From the NCBI GenBank assembly GCA_046301955.1, contig JBKCJE010000012.1, positions 590 to 64,589 on the forward strand: a stretch of DNA of 64,000 nucleotides. The letters are read 5' to 3'. The notes under the pieces were generated by a model. That model did not search any database and was not told the origin of the DNA. It saw only the letters and a list, made by a program, of their open reading frames with translations. Both the position numbers and the translations under genes were made by a program. Below, one piece after another: positions 49,004 to 58,202 of this stretch. The stretch's first letter is position 1. Each line of letters begins with the position of its first letter. This DNA comes from Bacteroidota bacterium (GTDB lineage Bacteria; Bacteroidota; Bacteroidia; NS11-12g; UBA955).

Positions 49004-50326
49004 TTAACCTTGTGTCCAATTGGCTTTGTCCATCTGGTTGAACTGCCAAGGGGCACCATTGTTTTCCAAATTGGTAAACATATTGTTCAACTCACTGGGA
49101 GCAGCACTTTTTTCCATCACCTGGTATTGACGCATTTGAACAATGATGTCGACAGGGTTGATGTTGACCGGACAAGCCTCAGCGCAAGCGTTACAGGTGG
49201 TACACGCCCACAACTCTTCGGCTGATACGTATGAATGTAGGTCTTTACCATCTTCGAAGCGACCTTCCACGGGTGTTCCTGCCTTTTTCGCCGCATCGAT
49301 ACCACGACCCACCTCTTCCAGACGATCACGGGTATCCATCATCACTTTTCTTGGCGATAGGAGCTTCCCGGTTTGATTGGCGGGGCATACACTGCTACAA
49401 CGACCGCATTCGGTACATGTGTAAGCATCCATCAAATTTTTCCATGTCAAATCCTGTACATCTTTGGCACCAAAACCCGCGGGGGGTTCGTATCCATCCG
49501 GCGGCTGCGCCGCCGGATCCATCATCAATTTAACCTCCGTAGTAACATAATCCAAGTTCTCGAAAGAACCCTTTGGCTTCAACGGCGTGTAATACACATT
49601 CGGAAAACTCATGATGATATGCCAATGCTTACTGTAAGGCACATAATTCAAAAACACCACAATCCCCACAAAATGGAACCACCAACACAATCGCTCGATC
49701 ATATGAACCGACCCATCACTGAATCCGCTAAAAAATCCCACCAAATACTGACTCACCGGGAAACTGCCATGCCCCTCCATCAATTCCTTATTCACCAACA
49801 CCTGCTCCGCCGCATTCATCATTAATAAAGCACCCATCAACACAATCTCAACCACCAAAATGATCGTCGCATCTTTCATCGGCCATCCCTTCAATTCATT
49901 CATTTGTAATCGTGGTACCTTAGTCACAAACCTGCGGGCCAAAAACACCACACAAGCAACCACAACCCCAAAAGCCAAAACCTCAAAAAAGCCTATCGCC
50001 ACATCATAAATCGAACCCAGATAATGCGCAAAAAAACGGTGCGTGCCCAACAATCCATCAATCAAAATCTCCAAAACCTCAATGTTGATCAACACAAAAC
50101 CCACGTAAATCAATATGTGAAAAAATCCGGCTACCGGACGTTTAACCATCTTGCTCTGTCCCATCGCCACCCACAACATCTGTTTCCAGCGCGCCGAGGG
50201 ATTGTCTGATAGATCCTGCTCCTTACCCAAAAAAATATTTCTGCGGATGAACTTCACCCGACCGGCGAATATCCAACTTCCAACGCCCAAAATCAGGGCA
50301 AAAATCACTTGTGATAGGATTCCCAT
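49004..50326 (-). CDS. Membrane-anchored (Fe-S)-binding protein: NarI/HdrE-like polytopic N-terminal domain fused to a 2x[4Fe-4S] ferredoxin domain
   Basis: 5-6 TM helices in the first 230 aa, then CTECGRCSSVCP and CTTCNACAEACP cluster motifs. No CCG-domain partner gene is adjacent. Confidence 0.6.
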   Translation of the reverse strand: MGILSQVIFALILGVGSWIFAGRVKFIRRNIFLGKEQDLSDNPSARWKQMLWVAMGQSKMVKRPVAGFFHILIYVGFVLINIEVLEILIDGLLGTHRFFAHYLGSIYDVAIGFFEVLAFGVVVACVVFLARRFVTKVPRLQMNELKGWPMKDATIILVVEIVLMGALLMMNAAEQVLVNKELMEGHGSFPVSQYLVGFFSGFSDGSVHMIERLCWWFHFVGIVVFLNYVPYSKHWHIIMSFPNVYYTPLKPKGSFENLDYVTTEVKLMMDPAAQPPDGYEPPAGFGAKDVQDLTWKNLMDAYTCTECGRCSSVCPANQTGKLLSPRKVMMDTRDRLEEVGRGIDAAKKAGTPVEGRFEDGKDLHSYVSAEELWACTTCNACAEACPVNINPVDIIVQMRQYQVMEKSAAPSELNNMFTNLENNGAPWQFNQMDKANWTQG

Positions 50327-50398
50327 TGGTTGCGAAATTAATCAAATAACCGCATTCTATCCATTTCCAAAAGCAGATCGCCCCGCAAATGTCCATTT

Positions 50399-52516
50399 TT
50401 ACGGAATGCTAGGATTTACCAACCCATATACATCGCCATTCCCCTCCCAAAATGTGCAAGCTATCCTCCGAACACCCACCGGATGCTTTCCCGCGTTGTC
50501 GATAAACACCTGCAACTGATACCCTTCCCCCACGCAACCATGATTCCGCCAAGCACCCCAGGGCACATCCACCAGCCGTCCCGACAAATACAATTTTACC
50601 ACACACAAAGAGTCCTCAACCCTCGCCACCTCGTCCACACGATAATCCATATCGCCCAAGCCCCGATCCAAAAACCGAACCTGCTTGCCGCTGCCATCAT
50701 TTACTGTAACCACCAACCGCAAATCTTGCGCTTTAAGCAGCTCCTTCCTTACTACAATCTCAGCCTCCGCCACAAATTCTGCCTCGTAACGCTTGGGTCC
50801 CAACGAATCCAGTGCCGACAAACAGACTGGAAAATACTGTTCGGTTGACATCGGTGTCTCGTGCATCTCAATTTCTCCCAACACAGAGACTATTTCTTCG
50901 CGATACAAAGGACGCTTGCCCCGGCCTTGCCTGGAAAAGTGCATGACGTGATACCCCGGCCCCATCGCCTCGCGCACCAAAGACGGAAAAGCCTCTTGAA
51001 TCCAAACCCGCAGCATCGGGTCCATGCCCACCATGTTAACATAATAAAAATTATCGCCGCGAACAGCGCCTAATTTTCGGCGAAACAAGCCGTAATCATC
51101 CGTTTCCTCCCTAAAATAGCGAACCTTACCCCCGCGTTTTTGCCATGTTCCCATGTCCCATCCCAACGAGGAAGCATGAAATTCCATGAAAAATGGCTCA
51201 AATCCGTACACCCACATCTCCGCCGAATCACCCACTAACATGGTTTTTTCTTGGCCCGAATGTCCCGTTTCCAAATCGTCCAGCCCCCATTGCTGAAATG
51301 TCCGCACCGCCGCGTCGTAAGATTGATTCCCAAATTGCGACAAATGCCTGCGCTCGGCGATTAGCACATAGATATTCACCAATAGAGTGAGGATCAACAA
51401 ACCCATTCTCCAGCGGATACTTACCCATTCTCTATCCACCCACCATGACAGTGCCAACAAACCAAACGGAAATGAAAACAGCAACACAGAGTCCTGAAAA
51501 ACAGGAGCCCTGTAGATCGAATACGCAAAGGCAATACCCATTGGCAACAAATACAGAAACAACACCGTGAACCACGCTTTGCGTGGTGCGATCCCCGCAA
51601 TCTTGGCACCTAATACCTCGTCCATCGCCACCGAACGCCTTTTGCGCGTCCATCCAAAGACAAACAAACCGCCGCCAATCAGTGCCCACAATATCCAAAC
51701 CCACACACTGTATCCAACCGAATACAACACATGCTTTCCGAGGGTTGACCATGTTGGAACCGACAGCCATCCCGGACTTCCCACTTGCAAATGATGCATA
51801 AATATACCCAGCTGATGAGAATAAAATGCCACCATCAACGCCCATGGCCAAAGGTATCTCAACCAATACTTGATTGGGAGCCAGAACAAGCCCGCCACAA
51901 AAAGCAGACCCAATATCAATCCGTTAAAATAGTGGTTTGATGCACCCAAATACCCCGCCAACGCCAGCAAAACCATCGGCTTAAATAAATCCTGCAGCCG
52001 CGGAGAATCGCCCCAACAAAGTGCTACCCAGCGCAGCCAAACATAAAAGGCCCACAGCGATAACAGCAACCCTGGCGCATACGGACGAGCAATCTCGCTA
52101 TACATCACCGGAAACTGCAACGTAGCCAACATCGCGGCTGCCATCAAACCCGCCCACGGCCGATTCAAACGCATACCGATGTGCACCATCAACATCACAG
52201 ACCCCAATCCACACAACAAAAAAGGCAATTTTACCACCCAAACAGCCGTACCAAACCAATGGGTCCAATACCATAAAAATACCTGCACCAACATCGGATG
52301 TCCATCATTCCAAACCACCTCATTCAACAAAGCATCCAAACCCGACACCTGCAAACGCATCAAAGCGGAAGTTTCATCATTGGTAAGGGGTAGGGAAAAC
52401 AACCACCCAAAACGCAACACAATGGTCACAATAACCACCGCCAATACCCCATAAACAAACCATTGTTGCGGACTTTTTACCAACGGATTCCTGCTATTTG
52501 GTCCGTCCGCCATCAT
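50399..52516 (-). CDS. GT-C fold membrane glycosyltransferase (ArnT/PMT, GT39/GT83-like) with a roughly 300-aa C-terminal soluble domain
   Basis: 705 aa; about 12 TM helices in the N-terminal 400 aa; acidic NDET motif in the first extracytoplasmic loop; large C-terminal non-membrane domain. Confidence 0.5.
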   Translation of the reverse strand: MMADGPNSRNPLVKSPQQWFVYGVLAVVIVTIVLRFGWLFSLPLTNDETSALMRLQVSGLDALLNEVVWNDGHPMLVQVFLWYWTHWFGTAVWVVKLPFLLCGLGSVMLMVHIGMRLNRPWAGLMAAAMLATLQFPVMYSEIARPYAPGLLLSLWAFYVWLRWVALCWGDSPRLQDLFKPMVLLALAGYLGASNHYFNGLILGLLFVAGLFWLPIKYWLRYLWPWALMVAFYSHQLGIFMHHLQVGSPGWLSVPTWSTLGKHVLYSVGYSVWVWILWALIGGGLFVFGWTRKRRSVAMDEVLGAKIAGIAPRKAWFTVLFLYLLPMGIAFAYSIYRAPVFQDSVLLFSFPFGLLALSWWVDREWVSIRWRMGLLILTLLVNIYVLIAERRHLSQFGNQSYDAAVRTFQQWGLDDLETGHSGQEKTMLVGDSAEMWVYGFEPFFMEFHASSLGWDMGTWQKRGGKVRYFREETDDYGLFRRKLGAVRGDNFYYVNMVGMDPMLRVWIQEAFPSLVREAMGPGYHVMHFSRQGRGKRPLYREEIVSVLGEIEMHETPMSTEQYFPVCLSALDSLGPKRYEAEFVAEAEIVVRKELLKAQDLRLVVTVNDGSGKQVRFLDRGLGDMDYRVDEVARVEDSLCVVKLYLSGRLVDVPWGAWRNHGCVGEGYQLQVFIDNAGKHPVGVRRIACTFWEGNGDVYGLVNPSIP

Positions 52517-53148
52517 TACTCAGATATCATGCGCACTACCTCAAAAACCTCCGCATATCTTCGCGATACTTGCACGCCCCGCATTCGCAATTGGCTGCGC
52601 AAAAACTCTTCGTTGGCGTAGGGTCTATGGGCTTGGCTTTTGTATTTGCCCAATGCATTTACTTTGGCTTGTGCATCCTCTTCGCTCACCACTTCAAAAG
52701 CCGCTGTATTAAAATTCAAATTATTCCATGGCAGTTCATAGCAAAAAACATTGCAAAACTTGAATGCGCGCAAAGCTTCTTCAGCCATTGTTTTGTGGTC
52801 TTGATGGATATCATGCAGACAAGGCATCAACACGGTATCGGGTTTCAAATCTTCACGCAACCGAATCAAATCATCCAAAATTTCCTGTCGGCGATAGTTG
52901 AAGGTTCTCACTTCATAGCGATACAAAAACAAATTATTGGGGTCAATACCCAATGCTGCAGTGGCCTCTTTGACCTCATGGATCAGAATGTCTTTGGGAA
53001 AGCCCTCAATCACACTCTGTTCACAAGCACTGAACGCAGCATAATAAACCTTTTTACCCTCACGTATGAGTTTGGCAATGGTGGCGCCACAGCCCAATTC
53101 CGCATCATCCGTATGCGGCGATAGCAATAAAATTGTGTTTCCTACCAT
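52516..53148 (-). CDS. PIG-L/LmbE-family N-acetylglucosaminyl deacetylase, BshB1-like
   Basis: LLLSPHTDDAELGCGATIAK N-terminal metal-binding motif typical of LmbE/BshB deacetylases; HDIHQDH second site; 210 aa. Confidence 0.7.
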   Translation of the reverse strand: MVGNTILLLSPHTDDAELGCGATIAKLIREGKKVYYAAFSACEQSVIEGFPKDILIHEVKEATAALGIDPNNLFLYRYEVRTFNYRRQEILDDLIRLREDLKPDTVLMPCLHDIHQDHKTMAEEALRAFKFCNVFCYELPWNNLNFNTAAFEVVSEEDAQAKVNALGKYKSQAHRPYANEEFLRSQLRMRGVQVSRRYAEVFEVVRMISE

Positions 53149-53684
53149 AATGCTTTGTCGCGGTCTTTGCTTTTCTTTTTCAATTTTAACACTTCCCGCG
53201 GTAAATTTACCCTATAACTGCTTGATAATCCTTCTACTGAGACAATTACATACACTTCATCTTCGGTATAATGAACCTCCACTTCCTCACCTTTGAACGG
53301 ACCATCCAACACTTCCGCCAAATCACCGAGCTCTAGTCGAACCGACATATCCTGTTGTTGAATCTGATACCCTTTTTCAATCAAACGCTGTATCAAATCA
53401 ACATCTTTTTCGGGAACCAAGGCATCTTTACCATTATATCGCAAAAACTTCACTACACCAGGCACTTGCAAAACCAAATCGCGCTGAATTTCAGTGGGAC
53501 GAACAAATATATACGCGTTGAAAAGGGGCATTTCTACCCACTTCTTTCTATCACTCCACACCCTTAGCTTATTCACCAACGGCAAATAGTGCTCAATATT
53601 CCTTTGAGTTAAATAGGCCGATACCTTTTTTTCTTGCCTACTCGCACAGTAAATGACTTTCCAAGGATTCTTCTCTGCTTCCAT
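53142..53684 (-). CDS. UpxY-family (NusG-like) transcription antiterminator
   Basis: 180 aa; NGN domain WKVIYCASRQEKKV...YLPL; WSDRKKWVEMPLFNAYIFV closely matches the UpxY consensus; C-terminal KOW-like region. Confidence 0.7.
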   Translation of the reverse strand: MEAEKNPWKVIYCASRQEKKVSAYLTQRNIEHYLPLVNKLRVWSDRKKWVEMPLFNAYIFVRPTEIQRDLVLQVPGVVKFLRYNGKDALVPEKDVDLIQRLIEKGYQIQQQDMSVRLELGDLAEVLDGPFKGEEVEVHYTEDEVYVIVSVEGLSSSYRVNLPREVLKLKKKSKDRDKALW

Positions 53685-53690
53685 TTAATT

Positions 53691-54644
53691 TCAATAATTA
53701 AAAAATGAATGATTCTTTGCAATGACATCATATTCCGCCATCATGTTCTGAACGATTTCTGCAGCGGTTTCTATGCGATCCAACCTCGCGCTAATCTGTC
53801 CGATTTCCAATTCACCTTCTTCCAAATCCCCTTCAAACATGCCTCGCTTCGCTCGGCCCCTACCCAACAACGACTTCAATTCTTCCAAATCAGCACCCCG
53901 CTCATAGGCATCCATCACCGCCTGATAAAACGGATTCTTCAACAACCTCACCGGTGTGATTTCCTTTAATGTTAACTCCGTTGAACCCTCAACCGCCGCA
54001 ATAATCTGCTCCTTGAAATGCTGATGGGCACTACTTTCTGTCGATGCTGCAAACCGACTGCCTACTTGCACGCCCGAAGCGCCCAAACACATCGCCGCAG
54101 CCATCGTTCTACCGCAGCCAATTCCACCTGCTGCAATAACAGGCACACGCACACAATCAACAATCATGGGAATCAAACACATCGTGGTCGTTTCCTCCCT
54201 GCCGTTATGTCCCCCCGCCTCAAAACCCTCAGCCACAATCGCATCAACCCCAGCATCCTCGCACTTCTTTGCAAATTTGGTGTTCGCCACAACGTGCACC
54301 ACCGTGATGCCCCGCTCTTTCAACCACCCTGTATATTTTGCCGGATTACCCGCACTGGTAAAAACGATTTTTACCCCCTCTTCCACAATAATATCCAAAT
54401 GCTGCTCAATATCTGGGTACAACAATGGAACATTCACCCCAAAGGGTTTATCCGTTGCCTGTTTACACTTTTGAATATGTTCACGCAATACATTGGGATA
54501 CATGCTCCCGCTGCCAATCAATCCCAAGCCACCTGCATTGGAAACCGCACTCGCCAATTCCCAACCGCTGCACCAAATCATACCCCCTTGAATGATGGGA
54601 TAATCAATCCCAAACAACGCGCAAATACTTGACTTTTTTTGCAT
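53691..54644 (-). CDS. fabK: FMN-dependent enoyl-ACP reductase II (FabK) / nitronate monooxygenase family
   Basis: PIIQGGMIW, SAGNPAKY, AEGFEAGGHNG, VPVIAAGGIGCG, QVGSRFAASTESSAH all parallel FabK motifs. Lies 26 nt after accA. Confidence 0.6.
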   Translation of the reverse strand: MQKKSSICALFGIDYPIIQGGMIWCSGWELASAVSNAGGLGLIGSGSMYPNVLREHIQKCKQATDKPFGVNVPLLYPDIEQHLDIIVEEGVKIVFTSAGNPAKYTGWLKERGITVVHVVANTKFAKKCEDAGVDAIVAEGFEAGGHNGREETTTMCLIPMIVDCVRVPVIAAGGIGCGRTMAAAMCLGASGVQVGSRFAASTESSAHQHFKEQIIAAVEGSTELTLKEITPVRLLKNPFYQAVMDAYERGADLEELKSLLGRGRAKRGMFEGDLEEGELEIGQISARLDRIETAAEIVQNMMAEYDVIAKNHSFFNY

Positions 54645-54670
54645 GGGTTCTACAAATTTAGAAGGCCCGA

Positions 54671-55642
54671 TTACGCATCCACAACAACACCCATCGCCGA
54701 AAACTTCGCGATTCGCGCCTGAATTCTATCCTCAGCATCCATGTCGGCCAACTCAGCCAAACACGAAAGTACCGCCGTTTTCAACGAATCATAGGCAGCT
54801 TGAGGATCGTGGTGTGCTCCGCCCAAAGGTTCCGGCACGATGCCATCAACCAATTTGTTTTGCAACATATCGGTAGCCGATAACTTCAAAGCCTCCGCAG
54901 CGCGCTCCTTCATTTCCCAAGTACGCCACAAAATACTTGAACAACTCTCAGGGCTAATTACACTGTACCAAGTGTATTCCATCATCAACACACGGTCTCC
55001 AACACCAATGCCCAATGCGCCGCCACTGGCACCTTCGCCAATCACAACACAAATTACTGGCACTTTCAACACACTCATTTCCAACAAATTCCTGGCGATG
55101 GCTTCTCCTTGTCCGCGTTCTTCCGCTTCCAAACCAGGCGATGCACCTGGAGTATCAATCAATGTCAAAATAGGAACATTGAATTTCTCTGCCAATTTCA
55201 TCAATCGCAACGCCTTGCGATATCCTTCAGGATTGGGCATACCAAAATTGCGCATCTGTCGCTGCTTCGTATTTCTGCCCTTTTGCTGACCGATTATCAT
55301 GAATGGCTTGCCGTCAATATTCGCAAAACCCCCAACAATGGCTTTGTCGTCCTTCACATGGCGATCGCCGTGCAATTCGATAAAATCCGTGGCAATGTTC
55401 TCTACGTAATCTAACGTGTAAGGTCGATCAGGGTGCCTGCTGATTTGCACTTTCTGCCATCCCGAAAGATTGCCGTATACTGTTTGCTTGGCTTCCTCAA
55501 TTTTGTTTTCCAAGGTCAACAGCATATCTGTCATGTCCAATTTGCCCTTTTCATGGGTGTCCTTGGCTTTCTCGAGTTGATCCATCAACTCTACTATGTC
55601 TTTTTCGAAATCGAACCAATTTTGATTTGCCATCGTTTGCAA
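54671..55642 (-). CDS. accA: Acetyl-CoA carboxylase carboxyltransferase subunit alpha
   Basis: 323 aa; LDFEKPI-type N-terminus; TLIDTPGA and [12 protein letters not shown] motifs. Confidence 0.9.
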   Translation of the reverse strand: MQTMANQNWFDFEKDIVELMDQLEKAKDTHEKGKLDMTDMLLTLENKIEEAKQTVYGNLSGWQKVQISRHPDRPYTLDYVENIATDFIELHGDRHVKDDKAIVGGFANIDGKPFMIIGQQKGRNTKQRQMRNFGMPNPEGYRKALRLMKLAEKFNVPILTLIDTPGASPGLEAEERGQGEAIARNLLEMSVLKVPVICVVIGEGASGGALGIGVGDRVLMMEYTWYSVISPESCSSILWRTWEMKERAAEALKLSATDMLQNKLVDGIVPEPLGGAHHDPQAAYDSLKTAVLSCLAELADMDAEDRIQARIAKFSAMGVVVDA

Positions 55643-55703
55643 ATAAATGAAATTATGGAGCAGTTTGACTCCACTAATGAAGAATTAAATATGAAAAGGG
55701 CGA

Positions 55704-55859
55704 TTAAACCCAATCCATGGCCATGGCAATGCCACCGAAGAAGGTTGGCAATCCAAGCCAGAAGGCTTCAGGTTGAAAAATCGTAAAGTAAGTAAGTGCC
55801 AAGCCGCTGATCACAGTGAGCGCCCAGTAGCCTTTGGTGTTACGCTTTTGAGTATTCAT
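55704..55859 (-). CDS. Putative 51-aa hydrophobic micro-protein (MNTQKRNTKGYWALTVISGLALTYFTIFQPEAFWLGLPTFFGGIAMAMDWV), not in the supplied ORF track (below its length cutoff)
   Basis: Found by manual translation of the minus strand in the 263-bp gap between the ATP-grasp gene and accA. ATG start with an in-frame TAG 10 codons upstream; basic N-terminus then about 40 hydrophobic/aromatic residues, 3 Trp. Confidence 0.2.
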   Translation of the reverse strand: MNTQKRNTKGYWALTVISGLALTYFTIFQPEAFWLGLPTFFGGIAMAMDWV

Positions 55860-55905
55860 AATGGTGCGAAGATACTGAGATTCACAAAACTACCCAAGCG
55901 GAATT

Positions 55906-56955
55906 TTATGACAGAATGCGTTCGTCCCAAAATCGTACAAATCTCTTGCCCCAATCAATGTCCGCAGTACTTGATGTCAACCCCATTCCCAATGCATGTC
56001 GTACCGCCTGTACCGGAAAATTAATACCTGCCAATGCCAATGTTGAAGTGGTACCCTGTAATCTCGGATTGATTTCAATCAAATGGGGAACACCATCTGA
56101 ATCCTCCTTCCATTGCATACCTATCGGTCCGTCTAATTCCAAAGCCTGGGCCAATTGGATACAAAATGCAATCAAACCAAAATTGCGATCCAATTTGCCC
56201 GCAACACTAATACCTCCAATCATTTTGTCTCTGGTTCTCGGAACACAAAACAACGTTTTACCCTCGCTACAAAGCATATCAACGGAGTATTCCATGCCCG
56301 ACAAGTAAGCACATACCATCAACGGAATATCAAACTGTTTTGGCATGCGCAAAGACCATTCTGAAAGCGTCATTGGCAATACCCCAGCTTTGGCATTGAG
56401 GAAATCACCCCTACCAATGTCGCGAACCACGACACCAAAACCCCTACTGCCGTTCCCCCTCACAGGTTTAAAACAAATGACGTCGTGCCGCTCCTGCATT
56501 GATTTGGCTGCCTCTTCAAACGAAACCAAATCGTTACACACCACAAATTCAGGTACTGGTAAATGCAATTCGCTTGCAATTTGCGCCGCCTTTCCTTTGT
56601 CGTTCGATACGTCAATCCCCTTTACACTGCTTACCACAACCTTGATTCCCTTGGTTTCGAAGTGCTCTTTATTGGCAGACAGAATTCCAAGTTCTCGGGT
56701 AGTGATTGGCAAGATGACATCCACAGCGTACCTTTCACAAGCAACCATTACAGCATCTAAGTAGGACTGCTCATTTTCGCTCGATGATACTACAAAAAAC
56801 TCATCGCACAACGCTTTACCATAGGCATGCTCATTGGTATCACCAGCGACTATTTGCCAGGATAATTCTTCTCGTAAACAGCGACAAATTCCTGCAAAAC
56901 CCGGTGCACCTGCACCAGATGGAATCAAGATGGTAACTTTGTTTTCTTCAATCAT
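55906..56955 (-). CDS. ATP-grasp domain protein (stand-alone ligase, carbamoyl-phosphate-synthase-L-like fold)
   Basis: 349 aa; N-terminal Rossmann-like pre-ATP-grasp, central grasp loop (FKPVRGNGSRGFGVV), C-terminal LIEINPRLQGTT metal/ATP-binding motif. Confidence 0.65.
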   Translation of the reverse strand: MIEENKVTILIPSGAGAPGFAGICRCLREELSWQIVAGDTNEHAYGKALCDEFFVVSSSENEQSYLDAVMVACERYAVDVILPITTRELGILSANKEHFETKGIKVVVSSVKGIDVSNDKGKAAQIASELHLPVPEFVVCNDLVSFEEAAKSMQERHDVICFKPVRGNGSRGFGVVVRDIGRGDFLNAKAGVLPMTLSEWSLRMPKQFDIPLMVCAYLSGMEYSVDMLCSEGKTLFCVPRTRDKMIGGISVAGKLDRNFGLIAFCIQLAQALELDGPIGMQWKEDSDGVPHLIEINPRLQGTTSTLALAGINFPVQAVRHALGMGLTSSTADIDWGKRFVRFWDERILS

Positions 56956-57008
56956 GACCCCAATGGAGAATTTTACTGGCCCGCTGGGGGGTTTATTTCA
57001 CCCAAAAA

Positions 57009-58202
57009 TCAATTCGCAAAAGGATCTGAATATTTAGGGTCTTTGGTAAACACAGGGTCTGATAATGTACGCAAGAATGCAACCATTGCATCTTTTTCCT
57101 CTTGCGTGAAATTCATCTTCTTGGGCTGGCCATTCTTGTCCTTCATGTTGGCATCCAAATGAGGATGGGCCTGAACACCATGGCTGTAATGATCAACCAC
57201 AGCATCCAATGTATTGAAGCGACCATCGTGCATATAAGGAGCGCTCAATTCAATGTTACGCAGACTTGGAATACGGAATTTTCCATTGCCCTTGCCATTG
57301 TCCGCATAGGACTTATCCAAACCTATGTTGGCAGTTCCCGCAACTGTTGGTGCACCGTAAGACCCACCCGGATCATCAGGTGCACTAAAATTATTCCCAC
57401 TATGACATTTGAAACATCCCGTTCTTTCTGAGAAAAACAAATCATGACCCATTTGTTCCATCATCGAAAACTTCGCCTTTCCAGCATCAACCAAATCCTT
57501 TTTAGCGTTCATTGAAACCATGGAAGACAAAAAGTGGGTAATGGCCAAAGAGACTTTTCTTCTTGTAACCTCAGGACTTCCAAACGCTTTCTCAAACAAA
57601 GGACCATAGAAGTCGGTAGCTGCCAATTTCTTCTCCAACATTTCATCAGACTCCATACCCATTTCGATATGATCGAATACTGGACGCAAACTCAAATCCA
57701 TTGTAGATTGAGCCCTCGAATCCCAAAATAAATTGTTGAATTGAACAGGGTTGTTAATGCTCATACTATTGCGTTTGGTGGTTTTTCCGCCAAATCCAAC
57801 ACTCACAGGCATTCTATCACTAAATCCAACCGCTTGATGGTGGCAACTTCCGCAAGACACGGTGTTATTCAAACTCATCCGCTTGTCGTAAAACAGTACC
57901 CGCCCCAACGTTGCACTGGCATTACTGAATGTAGAAGAAGCCTCCTGCATGTCGGGGTCTATATTGCCAGATCCAGGGAAACCAATCGTAGACTTAAAAG
58001 CACGACTCAATAGGAGATCCTTGATACTCAAAGAATTCCCAGATGGCGTAATTGGATGTTCATAATCATATGTTCCGCTCAACGTGGGCTTCTTCAAAAG
58101 ATTCCCAGAAATTGCGTTATCACCGTCGCAGGCTACCATCCCCAATGTAACGAGACCCGTTACCCCTACCAAAATCACACCTGTCAATTGTTTAATATTC
58201 AT
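57009..58202 (-). CDS. Di-heme cytochrome c peroxidase / MauG-family lipoprotein (CCP paralog 2)
   Basis: CGSCHHQ and CFKCHSG heme motifs; lipobox LGMVAC; MHDGRFNTLDAVVDHY. Alignable along its length with the CCP at 16336-17460. Confidence 0.8.
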   Translation of the reverse strand: MNIKQLTGVILVGVTGLVTLGMVACDGDNAISGNLLKKPTLSGTYDYEHPITPSGNSLSIKDLLLSRAFKSTIGFPGSGNIDPDMQEASSTFSNASATLGRVLFYDKRMSLNNTVSCGSCHHQAVGFSDRMPVSVGFGGKTTKRNSMSINNPVQFNNLFWDSRAQSTMDLSLRPVFDHIEMGMESDEMLEKKLAATDFYGPLFEKAFGSPEVTRRKVSLAITHFLSSMVSMNAKKDLVDAGKAKFSMMEQMGHDLFFSERTGCFKCHSGNNFSAPDDPGGSYGAPTVAGTANIGLDKSYADNGKGNGKFRIPSLRNIELSAPYMHDGRFNTLDAVVDHYSHGVQAHPHLDANMKDKNGQPKKMNFTQEEKDAMVAFLRTLSDPVFTKDPKYSDPFAN

